DNA of 64,000 nucleotides, taken from the IMG/VR virus record IMGVR_UViG_3300045972_000132, positions 35,408 to 99,407 of that record, one strand, 5' to 3'. The notes under the pieces were generated by a model that saw only the letters and a list, made by a program, of their open reading frames with translations, did no database searches and had not been told where the DNA came from. This DNA is from a virus. Both the position numbers and the translations under genes were made by a program. Below, in pieces: positions 63,906-64,000 of this stretch (within the stretch, counting starts at the first letter, position 1; the number at the start of each line of letters is the position of its first letter).

Positions 63906-64000
63906 ATGTCAGAATTTCACGTTGAAGTAGTGCGAATTGGAAAAATAGAACCACTCCCAAATGCCGATGCCCTTGAGATCACTCAGGTTTACGGCGGATA
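63906..64000 (+). CDS. RNA ligase (DRB0094-type), N-terminal fragment truncated by the window edge
   Basis: SD gagga; MSEFHVEVVRIGKIEPLPNADALEITQVYGG matches the I.P.PNAD.LE OB-fold start. Confidence 0.65.
   Translation, partial: MSEFHVEVVRIGKIEPLPNADALEITQVYGG

Noticed and set aside
377-63960. Minus-strand and nested alternative-frame ORFs in the track
   Set aside because: They overlap well-supported + strand genes, lack SD or motifs, and are expected shadows of Gly/Ser/Thr-rich coding sequence
1-64000. tRNA genes, CRISPR arrays, integrase or stop-codon reassignment
   Set aside because: No cloverleaf, spaced repeat array or recombinase motifs were recognised by eye; long genes are intact in the standard code, with TAA, TAG and TGA all used as stops

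Overview
A 64 kb segment of a large contractile-tailed (myovirus-like) phage genome of moderate GC, with essentially all credible genes on the + strand. About 1-32 kb is tail morphogenesis: tube, tail assembly chaperone with a -1 frameshift, tape measure, LysM, hub, spike, gp25, baseplate J and I, several tailspikes/fibres and a tube initiator. About 33-48 kb is accessory genes: NUDIX, two GroES-like proteins, M15 endolysin, a LAGLIDADG-dUTPase fusion, orphan HicB- and MqsA-like antitoxins, phosphatases and a C5 methyltransferase. About 48.7-59.4 kb is a second virion-type block with a glycosyltransferase, a SAM methyltransferase and a 1677-aa Ser/Thr-repeat protein. About 59.5-64 kb holds a WGR-DNA ligase, small ORFs and the start of an RNA ligase. 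Main observations: (i) two homing endonuclease genes that appear to have inserted into a gene's 3' end while supplying a synonymously recoded replacement end, leaving the old end downstream; (ii) a palindrome TACTTCA-N4-TGAAGTA at four promoters, one in front of a dead-HNH/double ribbon-helix-helix protein; (iii) a candidate virion glycosylation module; (iv) a shared capsid-targeting-like leader on four basic proteins. All family calls come from recognising motifs by eye; no database search was run.
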